Positions 56,988 through 64,000 of a DNA stretch of 64,000 nucleotides are shown piece after piece. Within the stretch, counting starts at the first letter, position 1, and each line of letters begins with the position of its first letter. A program made the position numbers and the translations under genes. The notes beneath the pieces are model-generated. The model searched no databases. It was given only the letters and a program-made list of their open reading frames with translations, and had not been told where the DNA came from. The DNA is from Solirubrobacteraceae bacterium (GTDB taxonomy: Bacteria; Actinomycetota; Thermoleophilia; Solirubrobacterales; Solirubrobacteraceae), in NCBI GenBank assembly GCA_036271815.1, contig DATAZX010000013.1, positions 16,545 to 80,544 on the forward strand, in the 5' to 3' direction.

Positions 56988-58149
56988 GTCCGGCGTCAGC
57001 GACGTGCCGGTGCCGCTGTCGCTCGACGATCGCAGGCTGCTCGTCGAGCTGCAGTCCTTCGGCGTCCGCGTGGTCGGGGGCGACGGCGCCCTCGGCCGCC
57101 GCGGCGGCGCGGGCCCGTCCGACGCGCTGTTCCTCTACGTGCGCGGGCTGCCGCTGACGGTGCCCCAGCACGCCGAGTACGTGACCAGCTCGCCCTACAC
57201 GCTGCGCCTCGACGGCGCGAAGCCTTCGCTGTATCGCGACGACGACCTCGTCGGCGTCGTCGGGCTCCCGCGGCGGCCGAAGATCTACGACATGCAGACC
57301 GCGGATGGGATCCCGTACTGGAAGATCGCGCTGCTGCACCTCGACTCGATCGCCTCGACCGTCGTGCAGAAGTGCATCTACTGGGGCACGCCCGAGCAGT
57401 GCGGCTTCTGCGGGATCGAGCTGACGCGCGGCGAGCAGACGATCCCGGTCAAGACGCCGGCGCAGCTCGCGGAGGTCTGCAGCGCGGCGCACCGCCTCGA
57501 CGGCGCGGTCGACGCGACGCTGACGACCGGCTCGATCAACCGCCGCGACCGCGGCGCGCTCTACATCTCCAAGTGCGCGGCGGCGATCAAGGACGCCTGC
57601 GGCATGCCCGTGCAGGTGCAGTTCGAGCCGCCGGACGACCTCGCCGTGCTCGACGAGGTGCACCGCGCCGGCGTCGACGCGGTCGGCATCCACATCGAGA
57701 CGTTCGATCCCGACGTGCTCGCGCGCGTCGCGGCCGGCAAGGCACAGTGCGGCGTCGAGGGCTACTTCCGCACGTGGGAGCGGGCCGTCGAGGTCTTCGG
57801 CCGCGGGCGCGTGACGACGTACGTGATCCTCGGCATGGGCGAGCGTCGCGAGCTCATCGAAGAGGGCTGCCGGCGGGCGATCGAGATGGGCGTGTACCCG
57901 TTCGTCGTGCCGATCCGGCCCGTCCGCGGGACGCTGCTGCAGGACACGCCGACGCCCGACCCGGACTACGTCGCGGCGATCTACAAGAGCGTGTCGGCGA
58001 TGCTCGCCGCGTCCGGCCTCGACCACTCCGAGGCCGCCGCCGGCTGCGCGCGCTGCCAGGCCTGCTCCGGGCTGTCCGCCTGGGAGCGGGTCTTCGAGAA
58101 GGAGGCCAACGGTGGCCATTTCGAGCTCGGCGCCGTCCACGCTTCCTGA
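56980..58149 (+). CDS. radical SAM-type protein (MSMEG_0568-like) with unusual Cys spacing
   Basis: The cluster region reads C-IYWGTPEQ-C-GF-C (Cx8Cx2C), not CX3CX2C. TIM-barrel-like GIHIETFD follows, with a C-terminal CARCQAC (CX2CX2C). The first ~125 aa precede the Cys cluster. Confidence 0.7.
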   Translation: MAESGVSDVPVPLSLDDRRLLVELQSFGVRVVGGDGALGRRGGAGPSDALFLYVRGLPLTVPQHAEYVTSSPYTLRLDGAKPSLYRDDDLVGVVGLPRRPKIYDMQTADGIPYWKIALLHLDSIASTVVQKCIYWGTPEQCGFCGIELTRGEQTIPVKTPAQLAEVCSAAHRLDGAVDATLTTGSINRRDRGALYISKCAAAIKDACGMPVQVQFEPPDDLAVLDEVHRAGVDAVGIHIETFDPDVLARVAAGKAQCGVEGYFRTWERAVEVFGRGRVTTYVILGMGERRELIEEGCRRAIEMGVYPFVVPIRPVRGTLLQDTPTPDPDYVAAIYKSVSAMLAASGLDHSEAAAGCARCQACSGLSAWERVFEKEANGGHFELGAVHAS

Positions 58150-58654
58150 CCGCGCACCGCTCGCGTGCGGGCTCGCGCGCGGGCGCGCCGAGCTCGACGA
58201 GCACTTCGCGGTGCGCCGGCGGATCTTCGTCGCGGCGCAGGGGCTGTTCGCCGACGACGACCGCGACGCCCACGACGACGACCCGGCGACGCTGCACGCG
58301 GTCGCGCGCTCGGGCGGGGACGTCGCGGGTGCCGTGCGCCTGTACCCGCTCGACGGCGACGGCCTGTGGAAGGGCGACCGGCTCGCCGTCCTGCCCGCCG
58401 AGCGCGCCCTGCAGCTCGGCGCGATGCTCGTGCGCTTCGCCGTCCGCACGGCGGGAGAGCGCGGCGGCCGGCTGATGATCGCCCAGGTCCAGGTCCCGAA
58501 CGTGCGCTTCTTCGAGCGTCTGGGCTGGAGCGCCGACGGCGACGTGACCCCGATGTTCGGCGTCGATCACCAGCCGATGGCGATCGCGCTCGGCGCCGGC
58601 AGCGGTCGCGGTCGTGGCCGCACCGCCGGCGCCGGCCTCAGCCCAGGCCGGTGA
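58112..58654 (+). CDS. GNAT-family N-acetyltransferase (MSMEG_0567/Sll0786-like)
   Basis: ...AVRLYPL...GDRLAVLPAERALQLGAMLVRFAV...FFERLGW. GTG start preceded by AGGAGG, overlapping the radical SAM gene by 38 nt. Confidence 0.8.
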   Translation: MAISSSAPSTLPDRAPLACGLARGRAELDEHFAVRRRIFVAAQGLFADDDRDAHDDDPATLHAVARSGGDVAGAVRLYPLDGDGLWKGDRLAVLPAERALQLGAMLVRFAVRTAGERGGRLMIAQVQVPNVRFFERLGWSADGDVTPMFGVDHQPMAIALGAGSGRGRGRTAGAGLSPGR

Positions 58655-59573
58655 GCGGGGCGATGTCGAAGTCCCAGACGGTGGCGCCGGCGCCGCCGCT
58701 CTCGAGCTTCAGCGCCCGCGAGTCGTCGAAGTGCCCGCACGGCTCGCAGGCGAGGCCGCGGCGCGTGAAGACCTCGCAGGCGGCCCTCGCGTGCTCGGGC
58801 GCGGCGGCGAGCAGGAAGCCGAAGCTCGGGAACGTCTTCAGCCAGCGCTCCACGGAGACGCCGTCGGGACGCGGGAGCCGGTCGACGTCGAGCACCGCGC
58901 CGCAGCGCGCGGCCTCGAGCAGCTGCAGCAGCGAGCCGGCGGCGCCGGGCATCGAGACGTCGCGCGCGGCGTGGCAGAGCCCGACCTCGGCGACCTCGGC
59001 GAGCGCCTCGCCGTCGTCGCGCAGGTGCTCGGGCGCGCGATCGCGCAGCGACGTGAAGAAGTCCGTGTCGTCGCCCATGTACCGGCCCTCCAGGCAGAAC
59101 GCGCCGAGCAGGACGTCGCCGGGGCGCGCCGCCGCCGCGCGCAGCGGCCGGCGCGCGATGCCCGTGCACGTCGCCGACAGCGACGGCGCGCCGCCCATCG
59201 TCAGGTGCCCGCCGACGACCTCGACGCCGAGCAGGTCGGCCGCCCACGCCAGCCCCTCGAGCACGAGCTCGGCATGGGCCTCGTCGGGGCTGACGAGCAT
59301 GTCGAGGATCGCGAGCGGGCGCCCGCCCATCGCGCGCACGTCGGAGACGTTCGTCACGACGGCCGACGCGCCCGCCGCGCGCGGCTGCGCCGCCACGAAC
59401 GACGGCAGGATCGCCTCGCCGCAGAGCACGATCCACTCGTCGCCGTGCGCGATCAGCGCGCCGTCGTCGCCGTCGCCGACCGGGCCGAGCCTCTTCACGA
59501 GCCGCAGGTCGCGCTTTGCGTGCAGCGCGGGCGAATCTCGGACGAGCGCCGCGAGGGCTTCAGGGTCGGGCAT
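58638..59573 (-). CDS. AIR-synthase-related protein (PurM/ThiL-like fold; sll0787-like)
   Basis: GDGDDGALI, ...NVSDVRAMGGRP..., ...VVGGHLT... and ...RDVSMPG.. Its 3' end overlaps the convergent GNAT gene by 17 nt. The start is ATG 59573, or alternatively GTG 59621. Confidence 0.8.
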   Translation of the reverse strand: MPDPEALAALVRDSPALHAKRDLRLVKRLGPVGDGDDGALIAHGDEWIVLCGEAILPSFVAAQPRAAGASAVVTNVSDVRAMGGRPLAILDMLVSPDEAHAELVLEGLAWAADLLGVEVVGGHLTMGGAPSLSATCTGIARRPLRAAAARPGDVLLGAFCLEGRYMGDDTDFFTSLRDRAPEHLRDDGEALAEVAEVGLCHAARDVSMPGAAGSLLQLLEAARCGAVLDVDRLPRPDGVSVERWLKTFPSFGFLLAAAPEHARAACEVFTRRGLACEPCGHFDDSRALKLESGGAGATVWDFDIAPLTGLG

Positions 59574-59623
59574 CGCGGCGAATCTAGTGGACGAGCACAA
59601 CCAATCGGAATCGGAGGCCACAC

Positions 59624-61051
59624 GTGACGCTTGATCAGGCGGTGCTGCGCAGGGTGGAGGTCGTCAACGTCGGGCTTGCCGCGTTCGGCGAGGCGATCCG
59701 CGACCAGGACACCCCGGTCGTCGACGTCGACTGGCGCCCGCCGGCGTCCGGCGACCCGCGGGCCGTCGCGGCGCTCGAGCGCCTGTGGGGCGAGCACGGC
59801 GCGACGGTCGCCGCGGCGAACGAGACCGTCGTGTCGCGGATGGAGGCGGCGTCTCCGCGCGCCGTCGCCGTGTCGACCGCGCGCGACGTCCTGCCGGTGC
59901 TGGCCGAGGGTCGCACGCTGATCCACTCCGGCCCGCCGATCGCGCCCGACCGCCTCGCGGACCCACAGCGCCGCGCGCTCGTGGCCGCGGCGATCTTCGA
60001 GGGCTGGGCCGACGACCGGCCGTCGGCCCGCGCGCTGATCGCGTCCGGTGCGATCGGGCTGGCCTCGGGCAACGAGAACAACCACGTCGGCGCGATGACC
60101 GGCGTCTGCTCGCCGTCGATGCCCGTCTGGGTGATCGAGGACGAGGGCTCGGGCGCGCGCACGTTCTCGACCTTCAACGAGGGCGCCGGCAAGACGCTGT
60201 GGTTCGGCACCGACGCCGACGAGGCGATCGAGCGGCTGCGCTTCTTCCGCGACGACCTCGGCCCGCTGATGAACCGCCTGATCGAGCGCCTCGGCCCGAT
60301 CGAGATCTTCAAGCTCGCGGCCCAGGGCCTGCATCAGGGCGATGAGCTGCACATGCGCAGCCAGGCGACCGGCAACCTGCTGATCCGCGACCTGCTGCCG
60401 GGCTTCGCGGCGCTGGGCGGCGAGAAGGCGGCGCGCTTCCTGTCGACGAACTGGCACTTCTTCCTCAGCCTCACGATCGGCGCGTCGAAGTGCACGCTGC
60501 TGGCGGGGTCGGGGGTGCCGGGCGCGAGCGTCGTCTCGGTGATCTCGCGCAACGGCACCGACATGGGCCTGCAGCTCGCGTCGATGCCGGGCCGCTGGTT
60601 CCTGGCGCCGTCGCCGCCCGTCGAGGACGCGCTGCTGCGCGAGGGCTACACCGAGGACGACGCGGCGAAGGACATCGGCGACTCGGCCGTGATCGAGTGC
60701 GTCGGTCTGGGTGGGATGGCCGTCGGCGCCGCGCCGGCCGTCGCGGCGTTCTTCGGCGGCGACGCGGCGGATGCGATCGCGCGCACCGAGCGCATGCGGG
60801 AGATCTGCGCGGGCCGCTCGCAGCGCTTCACGATCCCCGCGATGGACTCCGCGCCGACGCCCGTCGGGATCGACGCGCGCCTGGTCTGCGAGCTTCAGAT
60901 CGCGCCGCAGATCACGACCGGCGTGCTGCACGCGCGCGACGGCGTCGGCCAGATCGGCGCGGGCATCGCCCACCAGCCGACCGCGCCGTTCCAGGACGCG
61001 ACGATCGCGCTGGCCGCGGAGCTCGACGCCGCGAGCGCGGGCCGGGCGTGA
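59624..61051 (+). CDS. DUF1116 (YlbE-like) protein
   Basis: 475 aa. ...NENNHVGAMTG..., ...DELHMRSQATGN... and ...VISRNGTDMG... fit the pattern I associate with E. coli YlbE-type proteins. GTG start with GGAGG 6 nt upstream. Confidence 0.7.
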   Translation: MTLDQAVLRRVEVVNVGLAAFGEAIRDQDTPVVDVDWRPPASGDPRAVAALERLWGEHGATVAAANETVVSRMEAASPRAVAVSTARDVLPVLAEGRTLIHSGPPIAPDRLADPQRRALVAAAIFEGWADDRPSARALIASGAIGLASGNENNHVGAMTGVCSPSMPVWVIEDEGSGARTFSTFNEGAGKTLWFGTDADEAIERLRFFRDDLGPLMNRLIERLGPIEIFKLAAQGLHQGDELHMRSQATGNLLIRDLLPGFAALGGEKAARFLSTNWHFFLSLTIGASKCTLLAGSGVPGASVVSVISRNGTDMGLQLASMPGRWFLAPSPPVEDALLREGYTEDDAAKDIGDSAVIECVGLGGMAVGAAPAVAAFFGGDAADAIARTERMREICAGRSQRFTIPAMDSAPTPVGIDARLVCELQIAPQITTGVLHARDGVGQIGAGIAHQPTAPFQDATIALAAELDAASAGRA

Positions 61052-61968
61052 TCGAGGCGGCCGTCGCGCAGCCTCGCGGGACGGGCGTGGCGACGGACGT
61101 CGTCCTGCGGACCCCGCGCGTGACGGCAGCGCAGGCGGCCGGGACGGCGGACGGGCACGAGGTCGCGCGCGTTGCGTCACCGGCACTCGCGAGCTCGCGC
61201 GCGGGGCGGGCGCGATGCGGCGGCGACGCCCCGCGCGTGCTGCGCGCGACGGCGCTCGGGCTCGGTGCAGCCCGCGCGCTGCGCGGCGGCGCCGAGGGCG
61301 CGGTCGTGCTCGCGTTCGGGCCGGGTGGCTACCTGCTGCTCGGCGATCGCCACGTGCTGCTTGCGCCGGTGCGCTCGCCGCTGGGTCCGCTGTCGGTCCT
61401 CGTCGCGGGGCTCGCAGCCGGCCACCTCGTGCCCGGCGATCGCGTGCGCGTGACGGACGACGCGCTCGAGCTGGCGTCGCTGCGGATCGTGCTCGCGGGC
61501 GCGCGCCCGGCCCCGGCGCCGCGCGCGACGCCGCTGTCGGCGGACTGGCGGCCGGCGCTCGCCGCCGCGCTGCGCGTCGTGGCCCCCGTCCCGGCGGACC
61601 TGATCGCGGGCCTCGACGCGCTCGCCCGCGGCGACGTCGGCGGCGGCCTGTCGCGGCTCGCGGGGCTCGGCGAGGGGCTGACGCCCGCGGGCGACGACGT
61701 GCTCGCGGGCTACATGGCGTGGCGCTGGTCGCAGGGGACGCGCCTGACGCTGCCGGCGCACAACTGCGCGCCGCTCGGCCGCGACTACCTGCGCTGCGCC
61801 GAGCGCGGCGAGCTGCCTGCGCCCGCGGCGCGCGTCCTGCAGGCGATCCGCGACGGCGAGCCGCAGGCCGCCGAGCGCGCGGCGCGCGGCCTCGGCGCCT
61901 GGGGTGCGAGCTCGGGCCGGGCGCTGCTGTGGGGGATCGCGGCCGGTGCCCGCTGCGACCATGCTTGA
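61048..61968 (+). CDS. DUF2877 (YlbF-like) protein
   Basis: ...LAGLGEGLTPAGDDVLAGY... is the hallmark GxGxGLTPxGDDxLxG motif. GTGA overlap with the DUF1116 gene. Confidence 0.7.
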   Translation: MIEAAVAQPRGTGVATDVVLRTPRVTAAQAAGTADGHEVARVASPALASSRAGRARCGGDAPRVLRATALGLGAARALRGGAEGAVVLAFGPGGYLLLGDRHVLLAPVRSPLGPLSVLVAGLAAGHLVPGDRVRVTDDALELASLRIVLAGARPAPAPRATPLSADWRPALAAALRVVAPVPADLIAGLDALARGDVGGGLSRLAGLGEGLTPAGDDVLAGYMAWRWSQGTRLTLPAHNCAPLGRDYLRCAERGELPAPAARVLQAIRDGEPQAAERAARGLGAWGASSGRALLWGIAAGARCDHA

Positions 61969-62500
61969 TCAGACCGTCATGCTCGATCGCGACGGCATGC
62001 GCCGCGCGCTCGTGCGGATCGCGCACGAGATCGTCGAGAACGGCGGCGATCCCGCGCGGCTGGCGCTCGTCGGCATCCACCGCCGCGGCGCCGTGCTCGC
62101 GGCGCGGCTGCGCCGGCTGCTGATCGAGCTGCACGACATCGAGCTGCCGCTCGGCGACCTCGACATCTCGTTCTATCGCGACGACGTGACGCTGCGCGCG
62201 GGCTCGCCGGTCGTCCACGCGACGCACCTGGACTTCGCCGTCGACGGGCTCACGGTCGTGATCGTCGACGACGTGCTGTTCACCGGGCGCACCGTGCGCG
62301 CCGCGATCGAGGCGCTGTTCGACTACGGCCGCCCCGCGCGCGTGCAGCTCGCCGTCCTCTGCGACCGCGGCCATCGCGAGCTGCCGGTGCGCCCGGACTA
62401 CGTCGGGCGCAACCTGCGCACCGCCCGCTCGGCCCGCGTCTTCGTCGCCGTCGACGAGCTCGACGGCGACGACAGCGTGACGTTGAGCGACCTCGACTGA
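61961..62500 (+). CDS. pyrR: bifunctional pyrimidine regulatory protein / uracil phosphoribosyltransferase
   Basis: ...LVGIHRRGAVLA..., ...DISFYRDD... and the PRPP loop VVIVDDVLFTGRTVRAA. ATG overlapping the DUF2877 stop by 8 nt. Confidence 0.9.
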   Translation: MLDQTVMLDRDGMRRALVRIAHEIVENGGDPARLALVGIHRRGAVLAARLRRLLIELHDIELPLGDLDISFYRDDVTLRAGSPVVHATHLDFAVDGLTVVIVDDVLFTGRTVRAAIEALFDYGRPARVQLAVLCDRGHRELPVRPDYVGRNLRTARSARVFVAVDELDGDDSVTLSDLD

Positions 62501-62521
62501 CCCGGCGAGGCGAGGCGACCG

Positions 62522-62923
62522 CTACAGCGGCGTCGCGAGCTCGAGCAGCGTGCCGAACGGGTCGCGCACGTAGGCGACGCGCTGGCCCTGCGGCTTGTCC
62601 TGCGGCGGTGCGAGCGGGCTGCAACCGGCCTCGAGCGCATGCGCGTACGCGCCGTCGACGTCCTCGTGGACGAGCGCGAGCTCGACGTTCGGCGGCGGTC
62701 CCTCGATCGCGGCGTGCCGCACGCCGCCCGCGAAGTTGTGCTCGCCGAGCCCGTATGCCGCGAAGCCGACCTTCGTCGAGCCCGTGTCGAGCTGGGCGTA
62801 CTCGCCGCTCGGCACGCTGAACTCGACGCGCATCCCGAAGACGCGCTCGTAGAACTGCGCGGCGGCGGGCGGGTCCTCGACGTAGACGATCACCCAGCCG
62901 AGCGTCATCGCGAAGTCAGGCAT
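62522..62923 (-). CDS. VOC / glyoxalase family protein
   Basis: MTLGWVIVYVEDPPAAAQFYERVFGM..., ...VAYVRDPFGTLLEL. Confidence 0.8.
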   Translation of the reverse strand: MPDFAMTLGWVIVYVEDPPAAAQFYERVFGMRVEFSVPSGEYAQLDTGSTKVGFAAYGLGEHNFAGGVRHAAIEGPPPNVELALVHEDVDGAYAHALEAGCSPLAPPQDKPQGQRVAYVRDPFGTLLELATPL

Positions 62924-63185
62924 GCTCGCGCGCCTTGCGCTCGCGGCTGAACTCCCACCACGGCCGAGCCGGCTCGCCGTCGGCGAACGAGACCGCCGCG
63001 ACGAACGTGTCCAGCAGGCAGGGGTCGTGGCGCCGGCCGTCGAGCGCGCAGAGGCGCTCGAAGAGCTCGTGCGGGTCGCGGCCGCGCAGGTCGCCGGCGC
63101 CATGCACGTCCAGGCGCTCGAGCTTGCGCGCGACGGCCGGGCCGATGTTGGGGATCGCGGTGAGGTCGCTGGTCATGGGGGACAT
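62916..63185 (-). CDS. small helix-hairpin-helix DNA-binding protein (89 aa)
   Basis: LTAIPNIGPAVARKLERLDVHGAGDL is an HhH motif. The start is set at the ATG at 63185; the rest of track ORF 62916..63908 is the AraC shadow. Confidence 0.65.
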   Translation of the reverse strand: MSPMTSDLTAIPNIGPAVARKLERLDVHGAGDLRGRDPHELFERLCALDGRRHDPCLLDTFVAAVSFADGEPARPWWEFSRERKAREHA

Positions 63186-63228
63186 GATCGCGTGTCGGCG
63201 GCGCGCCGTCTTGTAGGAAACGGCCGTC

Positions 63229-63246
63229 TCGCCTACGCCTACGCCT
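63229..63246. repeat. (GCCTAC)3 hexanucleotide tandem repeat spanning the AraC-family gene stop
   Basis: The minus strand reads ...GCG GCG TAG GCG TAG GCG TAG GCG, giving three in-frame stops 6 nt apart. Confidence 0.8.
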
Positions 63247-63949
63247 ACGCCGCGAGCAGCGCCGAGGGCGCGACCCCGGCGAGGTCGCGGCAGTCGTTGG
63301 CGAAGTGCGCCTGGTCGGCGTAGCCGGCGTCGAACGCGACGCGTCCGAGCTGCGCGCCGCCGCGGGCCGCGTCGAGCGCCCGCGCGAGGCGCAGCACGCG
63401 CGCGAGGCGCTTGGGTCCGTACCCGACCGCCGCCGCGAAGCGCCGGCGCAGCTGGCGCTCGCTGACGCCGAGGTCGTAGGCGAGCGCCGAGACCTCGAGC
63501 GACGGGTCGTCGAGCGCGGCCACTGCCGCGCGCACGAGCGGGTCCGGCGGCGCGGAGGCGGGCGCGCGCGCCGCGAGCGCGGCGAGCAGGACGCGCCCGC
63601 GATCGTCGTGCGCGTCGAGCGCCTGCGCGAGGCGCAGCCCGTCGTCGCCCCAGACGCCGTCGACCGCTACCCGCGCGTCGCGTAGCGCCGCCGCATCGAC
63701 GCCCAGCAGGGAGGGGGCGGCGCCCGGATGCAGGCGCACCCCGGCGACGCGCGTGCCGGCCTCGAGCCCGACGAGGAACGCGCGCGTGTTTGGGCCGACG
63801 ACCTGCGTGCCCACGCCCTCGGTCCAGACGATGTCGATGCAGCCGTCCGGGACGACGCGGACCGGCGGGCCGCCGTCGCCGCTGCGCTGCCACGTGCACT
63901 GCACCCACGGCGCCAGCATGGCCGTCGGCGCCTGCTCGCGGTAGGTCAT
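63245..63949 (-). CDS. AraC/XylS-family transcriptional regulator
   Basis: C-terminal HTH pair ...LAYDLGVSERQLRRRFAAAVGYGPKRLARVLR...AGYADQAHFANDCRDLAGVAPS. Confidence 0.85.
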   Translation of the reverse strand: MTYREQAPTAMLAPWVQCTWQRSGDGGPPVRVVPDGCIDIVWTEGVGTQVVGPNTRAFLVGLEAGTRVAGVRLHPGAAPSLLGVDAAALRDARVAVDGVWGDDGLRLAQALDAHDDRGRVLLAALAARAPASAPPDPLVRAAVAALDDPSLEVSALAYDLGVSERQLRRRFAAAVGYGPKRLARVLRLARALDAARGGAQLGRVAFDAGYADQAHFANDCRDLAGVAPSALLAA

Positions 63950-64000
63950 GCGGCGAGCCTACCCGCCCCGAAGCGCTGCGTCGCGAGCGTCGGACGGGTC

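Overview
This is a very GC-rich, gene-dense bacterial chromosome segment; third codon positions are almost always G/C. Housekeeping synteny is actinobacterial in type: glmU-prs, rplY-pth, mfd, mazG-eno-ftsB, ppx, pyrR and an initiator tRNA. CsrA and a class I aldolase hint at a deep-branching lineage such as Thermoleophilia or Rubrobacteria, but that is inference only. I call about 75 CDS and 3 tRNAs: Gln-UUG, Leu-UAA and initiator Met-CAU. I also call one apparently intact class C-like group II intron, wedged antisense between tRNA-Gln and the SOS-box promoter of an orphan dnaE2, plus several regulatory or repeat elements. Many long Arg/Ala/Pro-rich ORFs in the supplied track are antisense shadows of real genes and were discarded. 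One real gene, the glnA 5' part at 1-566 (-), is missing from the track. Most interesting is an ~18 kb locus of about 22 genes (44.5-62.5 kb) built as tightly overlapping operons around one divergent promoter region. It combines a nitrilase-less Nit1C / MSMEG_0565-0572-type core with a split FdrA + DUF1116 + DUF2877 + carbamate kinase module. The core comprises a 157-aa Sll0783-like protein, a radical SAM protein, a GNAT, an AIR-synthase-like protein, a GT4 glycosyltransferase and a flavoprotein. The locus also carries a block of amino-acid-tailoring and redox enzymes, including an aminotransferase-fold protein whose Schiff-base Lys reads His, and it ends in a translationally coupled pyrR. Other accessory features:
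- a low-GC islet with a retropepsin-like protease overlapping a small acidic ORF;
- a degraded islet next to tRNA-fMet;
- tandem copies of a gene 3' end in the glnA upstream region;
- an ECF sigma / anti-sigma fusion;
- a lone csrA;
- a possible C-rich-loop sRNA.
All family assignments come from reading motifs by eye and need HMM or BLAST confirmation.
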